From positions 1-38,699 of the forward strand of contig JBDRBU010000051.1 in the NCBI GenBank assembly GCA_043822305.1: 38,699 bases of DNA. The letters run 5' to 3'. Below are positions 11,014 to 20,567 of this stretch, piece after piece (within the stretch, counting starts at the first letter, position 1; the number at the start of each line of letters is the position of its first letter). Origin of the DNA: Candidatus Firestoneibacteriota bacterium. GTDB taxonomy: Bacteria > Oederibacteriota > D2-FULL-39-29 > JBDRBU01. The notes beneath the pieces were generated by a model. It was not told where the DNA came from. It worked only from the letters and a program-made list of their open reading frames with translations, and did no database searches. The position numbers were made by a program, and so were the translations under genes.

Positions 11014-12803
11014 AATTTTTTTAATCCAAGAACCTCGTATATTTTTACTTTTTCAGTTTTTCCTTTCACAGGAGATTCCCCTAAATCCTTTACCAAAATT
11101 ATATCTTTTACTTTATCATAAACACTATCACTAATTATTATTGATGCTTTATACTCTTTTGTTAAAGTTTCTAACCTTGAAGCGATATTAGCCGTATCAC
11201 CTATAACAGTATATTGCCTTTGTATGTCAGAGCCAATATTACCAACAATAACATCTCCAGAGTTAATACCAATCCCAATTTCAAGATTTTCAAAAGCCTG
11301 CCCTTTCCACAAATCTCTAAGTTTTTTCATTCTCTCTTGCATTTCTATTGCAGCTCGAACTGATGATTCTTCGTCATTAGGACCTTTAACAGGTACACCA
11401 AATAAAGCCATAATAGCATCACCCATAAATTTATCAACAGTTCCACCATATTTAAATATTATATTTGTCATTTCTGTAAAGTATTTATTCAATGAGTCAA
11501 CAACTTCTTCTGGTTCTAATTTTTCAGATAAAGTTGTAAAATTCCTGATATCTGAAAAGAAAATAGTAACCCTTTCTCTTTTACCACCTAATTTTAGTTT
11601 ATCTGTGTCCTTTAAAAGTTCTTCAACTATCTGCCTGCTTACATACCTTTGAAACATATTTTTTATTTGTTTTCTTCTTTTGCCTTCTGTTACTGCTTTA
11701 TAGGCAACATTTGCTGTATAACTAAAAACTACTGCCCATAAAGAAGTTGAAGTATTTATCCAGTAATCGCTAATAAATAAATAAAATGCAACTATTAAAA
11801 ATACAACGATAAATCCTATGTTGAAAATAATACTCTTAAAAGGACTGAACTTAAACGCGAAGAAAGAACTAACAAGAATCATGACTAATAAAATAAGGTT
11901 ATTAATTAAATCACTTGCTTTTATTAAATAATCTTCTTTTAGTATATTATTAATTACATTAGCATGAAGTTCTACTCCGGGTAGCAATCTAAAAGAAGTA
12001 TAAAACTCATCGTGTAATATTGGTGCTGTTGAACCTATGAGGACTATTTTATCTTTAAAAATATTCAAAGATGTCCCATCTTTAACCTTAACCGCTGTAA
12101 AAAATGGAATTGTTTCAAATGTTTTAACAGGACCTGTATAATTTATTAAAATTGTATCTTTAAATCCTTTATATTTATTTCTAACCTTATTTACAATATA
12201 TTCATCAGAGACATTTAAATACAAACTTAATACTTTAACAGGAAATGTGTAAAAAGTCTTACTGTTATACTCTGTAAAAAGTTGTGCTTTACGAACAAAA
12301 CCATCTATCTCTCTTTCATAACTTGAAAATCCAAAACCGGCTAAAGAATTTCTAAGAATCTCTATGGGTAAATTATGCTTTTTATAACGCAACATAGCTT
12401 CATTTATATCTTCTGTAAATGTACTTATTGAAACTACATTACCTGCTTTTTTAACTGCCTTTGCAAACAGAATATCATTCTCCTTAATAGAACCAGAAGT
12501 TGCAAATTCTACATCAAAACAGATTAATTTTGCTCCTGCTTTTTTTAAATTATCTATAACTGTGGCGTATATACTTCTTGGCCAGGGAAACACTCCTAAT
12601 TCTTCAAATGATCTATCGTCAATACTTAATATAACTATCTTATCACTTGGAATTCTGCTACCTCGCCAGTTAAACAATATATCTAAACCTTTTAATTCTG
12701 CTGTTTGAAATACCCCTAAAAATCTAAATAAAAATAATATAAAGAGAAATACGCAAATAGATATTGTTAAATTTGCAATTATTGATTTATGTTCTTTTTT
12801 CAT
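11010..12803 (-). CDS. CHASE2-domain class III adenylate/guanylate cyclase
   Basis: FPWPRS (CHASE2), PGVELHANVINNIL, three TMs, FFSDIRNFT, DKFMGDAIMA, YTVIGDTANIASRLE. Start could be 12812. Confidence 0.93.
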   Translation of the reverse strand: MKKEHKSIIANLTISICVFLFILFLFRFLGVFQTAELKGLDILFNWRGSRIPSDKIVILSIDDRSFEELGVFPWPRSIYATVIDNLKKAGAKLICFDVEFATSGSIKENDILFAKAVKKAGNVVSISTFTEDINEAMLRYKKHNLPIEILRNSLAGFGFSSYEREIDGFVRKAQLFTEYNSKTFYTFPVKVLSLYLNVSDEYIVNKVRNKYKGFKDTILINYTGPVKTFETIPFFTAVKVKDGTSLNIFKDKIVLIGSTAPILHDEFYTSFRLLPGVELHANVINNILKEDYLIKASDLINNLILLVMILVSSFFAFKFSPFKSIIFNIGFIVVFLIVAFYLFISDYWINTSTSLWAVVFSYTANVAYKAVTEGKRRKQIKNMFQRYVSRQIVEELLKDTDKLKLGGKRERVTIFFSDIRNFTTLSEKLEPEEVVDSLNKYFTEMTNIIFKYGGTVDKFMGDAIMALFGVPVKGPNDEESSVRAAIEMQERMKKLRDLWKGQAFENLEIGIGINSGDVIVGNIGSDIQRQYTVIGDTANIASRLETLTKEYKASIIISDSVYDKVKDIILVKDLGESPVKGKTEKVKIYEVLGLKKL

Positions 12804-12805
12804 TT

Positions 12806-13993
12806 TTACCATTTGAAAGTGTATCCTAATTTTATATTATTATCATCAAGTTTACAAAATACCTTACTATTTATTAATTCTACCTTTTGCTTTTCTGGAT
12901 TAAAAGAAATTGCGGAATCTATGACATTTAATGCCCAGACAACTCCAAATGTTAAAGCAAATCGTTTAAAATCTTGATATTTATAATTTGCCTGTTGATA
13001 ATAATTTTCTATTGTATTTGGGTCCGTAGCATTCTTATATTGATCATAGTTTTTCTGCATGTCTGCATAACTCGTTATTGTTGCAAGTCCCATCAATGCC
13101 CCGGCTACTGTAAATACCCATCCTTTTAAGTCATCTTTATTATAAAACTGTCCCCAGCCAGGCAGCAATGCAGAACGCCACACCGCATCAAATGCAGTTG
13201 GGATAGATGTAGAAGCAGGTACTGATACTTTCTCTGTAACTTTAAGAGGTACCTTCACCACAACAGGTGTTAACTCACCAATTTTTACAACATCACCTTC
13301 TATAAAGGATTTCTTTTTATTTAACACTTTTGCTTTTGAGGCTTGTTGTTGAACTTCAGTAAGTTCTATTTCTCCAACATCATCCCATTCTTTCATTATA
13401 ACTCTACCCGCTCCATCTTTAATTTCTTCCTTCAATCTGTTAACTACAAATTTCATACCCGAAGTTACATTATCTACAGAACCTAAATCCACTATTACTT
13501 CAGTATCTCCGAGTTTAACTATCTTTCCTGTTACTGGCATTTTACCTGCAAAATTTATAGCAAGTTTTCTGGCTACTTCGGATAATTTATCCTCGGAATT
13601 GCATTCACCACTTTCCCTTAATTTTTCTTCTGCACTTTCAACATCTACCAGACTAATAGTAACCATAAAGATATTCCCAACTTTACTAAGACTGCCTGTA
13701 ACGATACTACTGATATTTAATATTCTACCAACTTCAACCGCGCAATCTGTTGATGTGCATCCAGTCTTTTGAAATGCTTGTTCTTTTAAGATTTTATCCA
13801 TATTTTTCTTATCAACAATAGTAAACCTGCCTGTATTAAAAAATTCTGTTCTTAACACTTCAGAAACTGCAACTCCTGTGTCTTTAGATACATTTAATGC
13901 ATCTAAATCCAAAACACCCATTTTGATTTTTTCACTACTATCCACCTCACACATTATCACAAACAAAAATAAAACAACAATTTTTTTCATCAT
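12806..13993 (-). CDS. Secreted CsgG/FlgT-like protein with C-terminal DUF5683-like membrane region
   Basis: GRFTIVD...ILKEQAFQKTGC...CAVEVGRIL; VIVDLGS beta domain; AVWRSALLPGWGQFYN. Confidence 0.7.
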   Translation of the reverse strand: MMKKIVVLFLFVIMCEVDSSEKIKMGVLDLDALNVSKDTGVAVSEVLRTEFFNTGRFTIVDKKNMDKILKEQAFQKTGCTSTDCAVEVGRILNISSIVTGSLSKVGNIFMVTISLVDVESAEEKLRESGECNSEDKLSEVARKLAINFAGKMPVTGKIVKLGDTEVIVDLGSVDNVTSGMKFVVNRLKEEIKDGAGRVIMKEWDDVGEIELTEVQQQASKAKVLNKKKSFIEGDVVKIGELTPVVVKVPLKVTEKVSVPASTSIPTAFDAVWRSALLPGWGQFYNKDDLKGWVFTVAGALMGLATITSYADMQKNYDQYKNATDPNTIENYYQQANYKYQDFKRFALTFGVVWALNVIDSAISFNPEKQKVELINSKVFCKLDDNNIKLGYTFKW

Positions 13994-14007
13994 AAAAATA
14001 CCTCCTT

Positions 14008-14031
14008 ACGCAGGCTAAAGCCTGCGACTAC
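14008..14031 (-). repeat. GTAG-type REP (family B)
   Basis: Minus strand GTAGTCGCAGGCTTTAGCCTGCGT; its TAG is the iolB stop codon. Confidence 0.88.
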
Positions 14032-14837
14032 CATTTATTTAACCATTCATATCTAGGGTCAAAATATTGTTTTACTACTCTCTTTTCCCCGGCTAAAATC
14101 CATAAATAATACAATCTGTATCCTGGTGAAACGGCTAAGGAATGATAACCAAACGGCATACAAAGCAAAGCATTATTCTTAAGGACAAAAACTTTATCAA
14201 ATTTTTCTCCTTCACTATAAACTCTTTCAAAACCAAATCCTTCTTCAGGTATTATCTTAAAAAAATACAATTCTTCAAGTTTTGATTCTTTCGGCAGTCT
14301 ATCAGTATCATGTTTATGTGGTGGTATGCAAGACCAACAACCGGGCATATGATAAGTTTCTCCTATAATTAATCTATCTGCTTTGATTTCATTATTTACA
14401 ATATCATAGATTTGTCTCTTCCAGTTATATTTTCCGGCAACTCTTTGTTTAACATCTTTCTGCTTCATAATTACCAGATCGTTTTTCTCATCTGACATCC
14501 CACTACTTACAGCAACTTCACAGTTAGATAATGCTTTAATAGTGTATTTCTCTTCTCGTGGAATATAAACTGCTTCAGGTTTACCAGAAAACACATCTTT
14601 TCTCATCCCAATCTTAAATGTTTTGTTTTGAACATTTACTTGCATCCTGCCAGACAACACAATAAGAACAGTTTCATTATCTTTTGTATTTGATTTCCAT
14701 ACCTCACCTTTATTTAAATTTAGAATACCAAAATTAATATATTTCAAAGGAGAATTTCTTTTGTTTACTAATTCAACATATCCATTTTTATGTTTATATA
14801 TTTTAAACCAATTCATCTTGGAGTCAGCTTTTGACAT
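14028..14837 (-). CDS. iolB: 5-deoxy-glucuronate isomerase (IolB/KduI family)
   Basis: WSCIPPHKHD...LEELYFF, GYH, YYLWILAG; start reset to ATG 14837 after GAGGTG (alternative 14816). Confidence 0.85.
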   Translation of the reverse strand: MSKADSKMNWFKIYKHKNGYVELVNKRNSPLKYINFGILNLNKGEVWKSNTKDNETVLIVLSGRMQVNVQNKTFKIGMRKDVFSGKPEAVYIPREEKYTIKALSNCEVAVSSGMSDEKNDLVIMKQKDVKQRVAGKYNWKRQIYDIVNNEIKADRLIIGETYHMPGCWSCIPPHKHDTDRLPKESKLEELYFFKIIPEEGFGFERVYSEGEKFDKVFVLKNNALLCMPFGYHSLAVSPGYRLYYLWILAGEKRVVKQYFDPRYEWLNKW

Positions 14838-15387
14838 TTGACACCTCTGAAACAATCTCAACTTCAAAAATAAAAATTTCTGTATCTTTATCTTTCCATG
14901 CATCTTCTGATAAACCAGCCTTACCACTACAAAGATTGGATAAAAACTCTTCCAGACTCCAACCAGTTTCTTTTGCAACCTGTGGTAAAAATACACCCGA
15001 ATTAAAACCTCGTTTTATTAAAACACCATGTGTCCCTAACTTTATTTCATTAACACTTTTTATCTTTCTTAATAGGGTAAGTATTGAAATCTCTATATTT
15101 AAATCTTTAAGTTCTTGTTTAGTAACCGGGGAAAATCTCGAGTCATTAGAAGCAGACTCTATAGCCATCTCAGAAACTACTTTATAAAGTGGTTCGTTTG
15201 TTACCATATGACCAATACATCCTCTCAAATTTCCATCTTTTGTATGTAATGTTACAAAAACACCTCTTGTTTGTAGCAAATCTGGTTCAGTAACATCAAA
15301 ACAGGGTAATTTCTTTTTGTTTAAATATTCCTCAATAGATTTTTTTGCTATCTGTAGTAACTTTTTCTTTGCCTCTTTATTTAACAT
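14824..15387 (-). CDS. amrA: AmmeMemoRadiSam system protein A (AMMECR1 domain)
   Basis: GVFVTL, LRGCIG, DSRF, EISIL, GVFLPQV, KAGL; start reset to MLNKE (the longer ORF reads through a repeat). Confidence 0.9.
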   Translation of the reverse strand: MLNKEAKKKLLQIAKKSIEEYLNKKKLPCFDVTEPDLLQTRGVFVTLHTKDGNLRGCIGHMVTNEPLYKVVSEMAIESASNDSRFSPVTKQELKDLNIEISILTLLRKIKSVNEIKLGTHGVLIKRGFNSGVFLPQVAKETGWSLEEFLSNLCSGKAGLSEDAWKDKDTEIFIFEVEIVSEVSNVKS

Positions 15388-15401
15388 TTTAATCCTCTGT
15401 G

Positions 15402-15444
15402 TCGCAATGTCATTGCGAGGTCGCCTTAGGCGACCGTGGCAATC
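15402..15444 (+). repeat. TGTC/CGTC-type REP (family C)
   Basis: TGTCATTGCGAGGTCGCCTTAGGCGACCGTGGCAATC (15408-15444), inner stem GGTCGCC/GGCGACC; related to 34689-34766. Confidence 0.8.
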
Positions 15445-15449
15445 CCTTA

Positions 15450-16553
15450 TCACTTAATATGTTCTCTGGCTGAATCTGTACTGGAAATTATACCACTTAA
15501 ACTTAGTTTTAAATCATTCGGACTTGTTGCTTCTGAAATTGCCTTTTCTAAAGTAATTAATCCTTTTTTATATAAACTGGCTAAACCCTGGTCAAATGTT
15601 TGCATCCCGTACTGCGATGCACCCTGTTGAATCATAGAATTTAAAGAAGAAAGTTTATTCTCTCTAATCAACGCTTTTATAGTTGGTGTTCCTACCATAA
15701 TTTCTACCGCTGGAACACGACCTTTACCATCTGCTCTTTCCACCAATCTTATAGAAATCACGGCGGTTAAAATATTTGCAAATTGCATTCTAACTTGATT
15801 CTGTTGATAAGATGGAAAAAAATCTATTACTCTATCTATAGTTTGACTTGCATCTATAGTGTGTAAGGTAGATAAAACTAAATGACCTGTTTCTCCTGCG
15901 GAAATTGCCGCAGCCACAGTATCTAAATCTCTCATCTCTCCTATAAATATAATATCAGGGTCCTGCCTTAAAACATACTTTAGTGCAACTATATATGATT
16001 CAGTATCTATTCCTAATTCTCTCTGAGTTATACTACTCCTATTATCTGTGTGTAAAAACTCAATAGGGTCCTCAATTGTAATTATATGATATGGCATTTC
16101 ATTATTCATACACTGAATCATTGAAGCAACCGTTGTAGACTTTCCACTTCCAACTGCACCGGTAACTAATATTATACCTCTTGATTCTAATGCTATTTTT
16201 TTCAAAGCAGGCGGAAGATTAAGATCATCTAAAGTAGGAATTATTTTAGGTATCATCCTAATTACTATTTCTACACTACCCTTTTGTCTGAAAATATTTA
16301 CTCTGTAACGTACCATCCCTGATGGAGAATATGCAAGGTCTAACTCATTAACTTCAGAAAACCTTGTTCTTTGTTTTGAATTCATTAAATTAAAGGCAAT
16401 CTCTTCTATTTCCTCTTCAATTAAATTACTCATTTCCAATGGCACAATTTTTCCATCAATTCTAATAAGTGGAGGCCTTCCTACCTTCAGATGAAGGTCA
16501 GATGCTCTCCTTTCCAACATAACATTTAATGTTTCATTAATATTTTTAGCCAT
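15450..16553 (-). CDS. pilT: PilT/PilU family type IV pilus retraction ATPase
   Basis: ASDLHL, RYRVNIF, GAVGSGKSTT, TIEDPIE, GEMRD, ETGHLVLSTLHT, GMQTFDQ. PilT versus PilU not resolved. Confidence 0.88.
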   Translation of the reverse strand: MAKNINETLNVMLERRASDLHLKVGRPPLIRIDGKIVPLEMSNLIEEEIEEIAFNLMNSKQRTRFSEVNELDLAYSPSGMVRYRVNIFRQKGSVEIVIRMIPKIIPTLDDLNLPPALKKIALESRGIILVTGAVGSGKSTTVASMIQCMNNEMPYHIITIEDPIEFLHTDNRSSITQRELGIDTESYIVALKYVLRQDPDIIFIGEMRDLDTVAAAISAGETGHLVLSTLHTIDASQTIDRVIDFFPSYQQNQVRMQFANILTAVISIRLVERADGKGRVPAVEIMVGTPTIKALIRENKLSSLNSMIQQGASQYGMQTFDQGLASLYKKGLITLEKAISEATSPNDLKLSLSGIISSTDSAREHIK

Positions 16554-16572
16554 CTAACTAACTCCAAATTGT

Positions 16573-16625
16573 TTGACTATATTAATTTTATATGTTATTA
16601 TAACAAATAAAGAAATACTTTTCAA
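16573..16625. promoter_or_regulatory. Overlapping promoter pair for pilT and the 16644 gene
   Basis: Plus: TTGACT-17-TATTAT (16573-16601). Minus: TTGAAA-17-TATAAT (16625-16597). Both have TGn extended -10. Confidence 0.6.
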
Positions 16626-16643
16626 GTAGTTTTTGTTTAAAAT

Positions 16644-17441
16644 ATGAAAAAAACTTTAATTATAATAATTTTAATTACAATCACAATTTGGACATTGATA
16701 AACATATCATTATTTAATCAGTTATTCACACACTCCATAAAATCCCAGTTAATAGATAAAGGTAACATATATTTGCTTTCGTTAGAAAAAGAACTTAAAG
16801 AAAGTTTAAATGCAAATGATGATTTAATGTTATTCTCTTATATCGATTTTTTAAAGAATCAACCCGATATTATTAAAATATGTATTCAAGATAGTTCAGG
16901 TAAAATAATAGCACACACAAATTCCGATGAAATAAATAATATTTATAAAATTGAATACTTTTCAGAAAATCTTAAAGAAACAACTGATGAGTTACAATTT
17001 TCAAAAATTTTAACTAATAAAAATGAAAAATTTCTAATACAGATATTCCTTAGTAAAAATAAAATTACAAATTCTATAACAGATTTTTGTTTAAAATTTT
17101 CAGGGCTTTATATTATAATTATTATTATATTGGTAATAATTTTTTACAAAATTAACAAAGGCATAAAAAACCAAATTTCACTAATCACAGAAAAAAAAGA
17201 TGGGCAACAAAATTTAAAGGAAAAAAGTATTGACCTGGATTATTTTAAAAAATTTATTATGTCTATTAACAAAACAGAAGTCCTGATTCTTGACAATACT
17301 AACAAAATAACATATGCTAATGAAATGTCAAAAAGGAATTTTGGATTAGATATAATTGGTAAAAATATATTTGAACTACAAAATACTGAATCAATATTGA
17401 AAAACCTGATAACATTTGAAGGTGAAAAATTTATCATTTAA
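16644..17441 (+). CDS. Membrane protein: TM, extracytoplasmic sensor-like domain, TM, PAS-like tail
   Basis: Two hydrophobic helices; IQDSSGKIIAH (Cache-like); VLILDNTNKITYANE (PAS-like); no kinase domain. Confidence 0.6.
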   Translation: MKKTLIIIILITITIWTLINISLFNQLFTHSIKSQLIDKGNIYLLSLEKELKESLNANDDLMLFSYIDFLKNQPDIIKICIQDSSGKIIAHTNSDEINNIYKIEYFSENLKETTDELQFSKILTNKNEKFLIQIFLSKNKITNSITDFCLKFSGLYIIIIIILVIIFYKINKGIKNQISLITEKKDGQQNLKEKSIDLDYFKKFIMSINKTEVLILDNTNKITYANEMSKRNFGLDIIGKNIFELQNTESILKNLITFEGEKFII

Positions 17442-17468
17442 AGGGGACAGCGACTTTTATTTTTCTTC
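17439..17468 (+). repeat. Family-A motif, solo copy
   Basis: TAAAGGGGACAGCGACTTTTATTTTTCTTC; its TAA is the stop of 16644..17441. Confidence 0.9.
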
Positions 17469-17513
17469 AATCCTTCAATCCGTTTTTCTTCTGGTCTGTT
17501 GTTATCTGCTGTT

Positions 17514-17908
17514 TCAAATCCGATTTATCAAATTTTTCCCTATGGAATACGCCTGATTGGTATATTCTGGTTTATTCAGAACTGCTCCTTTCTCCATAAT
17601 ATCACTGAAAAAAACCATATCAACAATTTTGACACCAAGACAGTTAAATAAACGATTGTAGAATTCTACTATTACTTCTGATTCATGTGCTACATCTTTT
17701 TGATTCATCAATGTTACTATAATTGCTTTTTTACCCAAAATTAAACTTCTATTTTGAGGATGATAATAAAAGAAAAGCCTATCAAGAAAGGTCTTCATCA
17801 ATCCAGTAACACTGCACCAATATAGTGGAGACGCAAGTACAATCAATTCAGATCAGTATTCCCATTAATTCGAGTGGCTCCGTTTATAATTAAAATGTTT
17901 TTTGACAT
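17514..17908 (-). pseudogene. Flavodoxin-like / iron-sulfur flavoprotein pseudogene with internal deletion
   Basis: MSKNILIINGATRINGNTD (17908-17852) joined out of frame to SELIVLASPLYW...MKTFLDRL; the middle of the family fold is missing. Confidence 0.8.
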
Positions 17909-17962
17909 AATGTTCCCCGTACAAAAGAAGTGTTGCCGAAGACAGTTTGAAGAAAATAAAAT

Positions 17963-18853
17963 TTATCTGCTGTTGCTGGCATTTGTGTCTTTTCTGCATT
18001 CCACATTCAAGGTTTGACCCCATACAATACCAGCATAGCCAACAAAAGAATCATCAGGCATGACTTCATAACTTGTCTTATATTCTAAAAGTATTCCCTT
18101 ATTTATACCAAATTTTTTAGCCATAGCCACCACTCCAGCCATGGCTCCAGCTGAACATGCGCTATCATTATTATTAGCATGCTCAATTACTTTTTCATGA
18201 TGCATATTAACAGCAAGGTCTATTAGTTCTTCGTCATTTTTCTTTACCCACTCTAATGCACTTTTCCCAGTTCCATGACTTAAAAACCCATAATTAGGAC
18301 CATAATGAGTTAAATCCGAACTTCCTATTGATATAAAGTTAACATCCTTCTCTTCTAATAAAGATGTTAAATTTTCTGCTACTTTAATTGCTTTTTCTGA
18401 TGGTGGAAGTCTGATTGGTAGAATTTTTGAATTACTAAAAAAATATTTTATAAATGGAAGTTGAACTTCTATTGTATTATCTCCCCATTCGTCTGTATCA
18501 AAATGAATTTTTTTAACTAGATCATTTATTATATTTTTATCAATTTCTATTTCTCCCAAAGGTGTTTCCCAGGCATCATCTGTAACAATAAGTGGTTCAT
18601 CACTACTGGCTAAATGACCACCAAAAACAACAACTAAATCAGGTTTAAGTTTTTCTAAATTCATATAAACTAAAGTAGCAATCTCCCCTGAGAAATACCA
18701 GCCCGCATGAGGAACAACTCCACCAATCTTACAATTACTTACAACATTTTTTTTCTTGTTTTTTTCTATAAAATTACCAATTTCCTGTTTACATTCATCC
18801 TTATCTATTGGATACCAGCCTTCAGGTAAATACCGTTTTCTAATTTTCTTCAT
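17963..18853 (-). CDS. amrB: AmmeMemoRadiSam system protein B (MEMO1 family)
   Basis: VVPHAGWYFSG, WETPLG, IEVQLPFI, SSDLTHYG, SFVGYAGIV. Confidence 0.9.
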   Translation of the reverse strand: MKKIRKRYLPEGWYPIDKDECKQEIGNFIEKNKKKNVVSNCKIGGVVPHAGWYFSGEIATLVYMNLEKLKPDLVVVFGGHLASSDEPLIVTDDAWETPLGEIEIDKNIINDLVKKIHFDTDEWGDNTIEVQLPFIKYFFSNSKILPIRLPPSEKAIKVAENLTSLLEEKDVNFISIGSSDLTHYGPNYGFLSHGTGKSALEWVKKNDEELIDLAVNMHHEKVIEHANNNDSACSAGAMAGVVAMAKKFGINKGILLEYKTSYEVMPDDSFVGYAGIVWGQTLNVECRKDTNASNSR

Positions 18854-19776
18854 TACTTTCCTTTTATCTTTAATTTTCCTACTAAATCTTTAACACTTGA
18901 AATCTTATTTTTCACCAAATAATTCTCTATCCCTTCTATCACTTTTAAACAAGTAAAAGGGTCTATAAAATTACCTGTCCCGATTGCAATCGCACTTGCT
19001 CCAGCGATAATGTATTCTATGGCATCGTCTGTATTCATTATACCACCCATACCAATTATTGGAATTTTCACAGTGTTATATGCCTGCCAAACACATCTCA
19101 CTCCTATAGGTTTAATAGCAGGTCCTGAAAGCCCACCAGTAATATTTGCCAGCTTAGGTCTTTTAGTATTTATATCTATGGCCATACCTGTTATCGTATT
19201 TATAAGGGATAAAGCATCCGCACCACCTTCTTCGGCTGCTTTGGCCATAACTTTTATATCTGTCACTTCTGGTGAAAGTTTTATTATTATCGGAAGTTTA
19301 CTTGCTTTTTTTACTTTCTTTGTAATACTGTAAACCATTTTTTCATCCTGGGCGAATAATCTCCCCATTTTATATTTTACATTAGGGCAGGAAATATTAA
19401 CTTCTATTCCGAATATACCTGATTCATCATTTAATATTTTGGTTAATTTAACATATTCATCGAGAGTTTTACCAGAGATATTAATTAGAATTGGCACATC
19501 ATAATTTCTTAATTTTGGAAGTTTATCTTTTATAAAGGATATAACACCAGGATTTTGCAATCCTATTGAGTTTAGCATCCCGGAAGGAGTTTCGGCTAGA
19601 CGAGGTGTTTTATTACCTAATTTAGGTTTTAAAGTAATACCTTTAACAACCAACGCTCCAAGTAAACCTATATCAAAGATTTTAGAAATTTCTTCTCCAA
19701 ATCCAAAAGTGCCCGATGCAGTCATGACCGGATTTTTCATTTTAATTTTGGAAATATTTACACTTAAATCTACCAT
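18853..19776 (-). CDS. pyrD: Dihydroorotate dehydrogenase 1B, catalytic subunit
   Basis: KNPVMTASGTFG, NSIGLQNPG, NISCPNV, GGLSGPAIKP. Confidence 0.96.
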   Translation of the reverse strand: MVDLSVNISKIKMKNPVMTASGTFGFGEEISKIFDIGLLGALVVKGITLKPKLGNKTPRLAETPSGMLNSIGLQNPGVISFIKDKLPKLRNYDVPILINISGKTLDEYVKLTKILNDESGIFGIEVNISCPNVKYKMGRLFAQDEKMVYSITKKVKKASKLPIIIKLSPEVTDIKVMAKAAEEGGADALSLINTITGMAIDINTKRPKLANITGGLSGPAIKPIGVRCVWQAYNTVKIPIIGMGGIMNTDDAIEYIIAGASAIAIGTGNFIDPFTCLKVIEGIENYLVKNKISSVKDLVGKLKIKGK

Positions 19777-20567
19777 ATAATCTCCGCTGCATCAAAAACG
19801 GGTCCATCAATACAAACTCTTTTATGGTTTATTTTACCCACGCACCAGAAGGTGCGGGGGTTACCTTTTGATTTAGACGCACAAACACATGATAAACAAA
19901 CTCCAATTCCACATCCCATGAGTTCTTCCATAGAAACCTGACACCTTATTTTATTTTTTTTTGCTATTAAACTTACTTTTTTTAACATCTCTTTCGGTCC
20001 ACAAGCAAATATTACTGTATCATTATTACTCAAGTTTTTGCATGTTTTTTTTAGTAAATCCGTAACCATACCCTTCAGACCTAATGAACCATCATCTGTA
20101 CAAATTTTGGCATTATTAAAATCTTTTTTATAAATCAGTTCTTTTGTCTTAGCCCCAATAATTATGATAGTTTTTTTACCAATACTTTGTAATTTTTGAT
20201 TTAACGCAACCAAGGGAGAAAGACCATATCCTCCACCAATTAAAACTGCTATTTTAAAATCTTCTTTTAGATCAAATCCATTTCCTAATGGACCCATAAT
20301 ACTTAAAATTTCTCCTGTTTCTTTCTTGGAAAGTATTTTTGTTCCATCACCTTTTATTTTATAAAGTATTTCTATAAAAGGTGGATTGATTTTATAAATA
20401 CTCATTGGCCTTCGTAAAAGCGGAAAATTTAAATTATTTACCTTAATAGCCATGAACTGTCCAGGTATGGATTCTTTTGAAACCACATCAGCCAGTAATC
20501 TTAAATTGTAATATTCTTTTGAGACTTTTTTATTAAATATTATTTTTGCATCTAATAAATGCATCAT
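19770..20567 (-). CDS. pyrK: Dihydroorotate dehydrogenase electron-transfer subunit
   Basis: PGQF, LRRPMS, GPLGNGF, ACGP, MGCGIGVCLSC...CIDGPVF. Confidence 0.95.
   Translation of the reverse strand: MMHLLDAKIIFNKKVSKEYYNLRLLADVVSKESIPGQFMAIKVNNLNFPLLRRPMSIYKINPPFIEILYKIKGDGTKILSKKETGEILSIMGPLGNGFDLKEDFKIAVLIGGGYGLSPLVALNQKLQSIGKKTIIIIGAKTKELIYKKDFNNAKICTDDGSLGLKGMVTDLLKKTCKNLSNNDTVIFACGPKEMLKKVSLIAKKNKIRCQVSMEELMGCGIGVCLSCVCASKSKGNPRTFWCVGKINHKRVCIDGPVFDAAEIIW
19833..19863. repeat. Family-E hairpin inside pyrK
   Basis: TTTACCCACGCACC-AGAA-GGTGCGGGGGTTA; first 14 bp identical to the TPR-gene repeat. Confidence 0.85.

Noticed and set aside
14830..14843. TTTGACA x2 heptamer repeat
   Set aside because: Only two copies, inside a gene overlap; too little to call an element.
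14838..14996. N-terminal extension of IolB
   Set aside because: It overlaps amrA; an SD-supported start at 14837 gives a normal length.
15388..15453. N-terminal extension MIRDCHGRLRRPRND of AmrA
   Set aside because: It is a translation of the family-C repeat; a better start with SD exists at 15387.
14824..18853. Complete AmmeMemoRadiSam system as a novelty
   Set aside because: It is a known system; the radical SAM gene is not in the window and may lie elsewhere.
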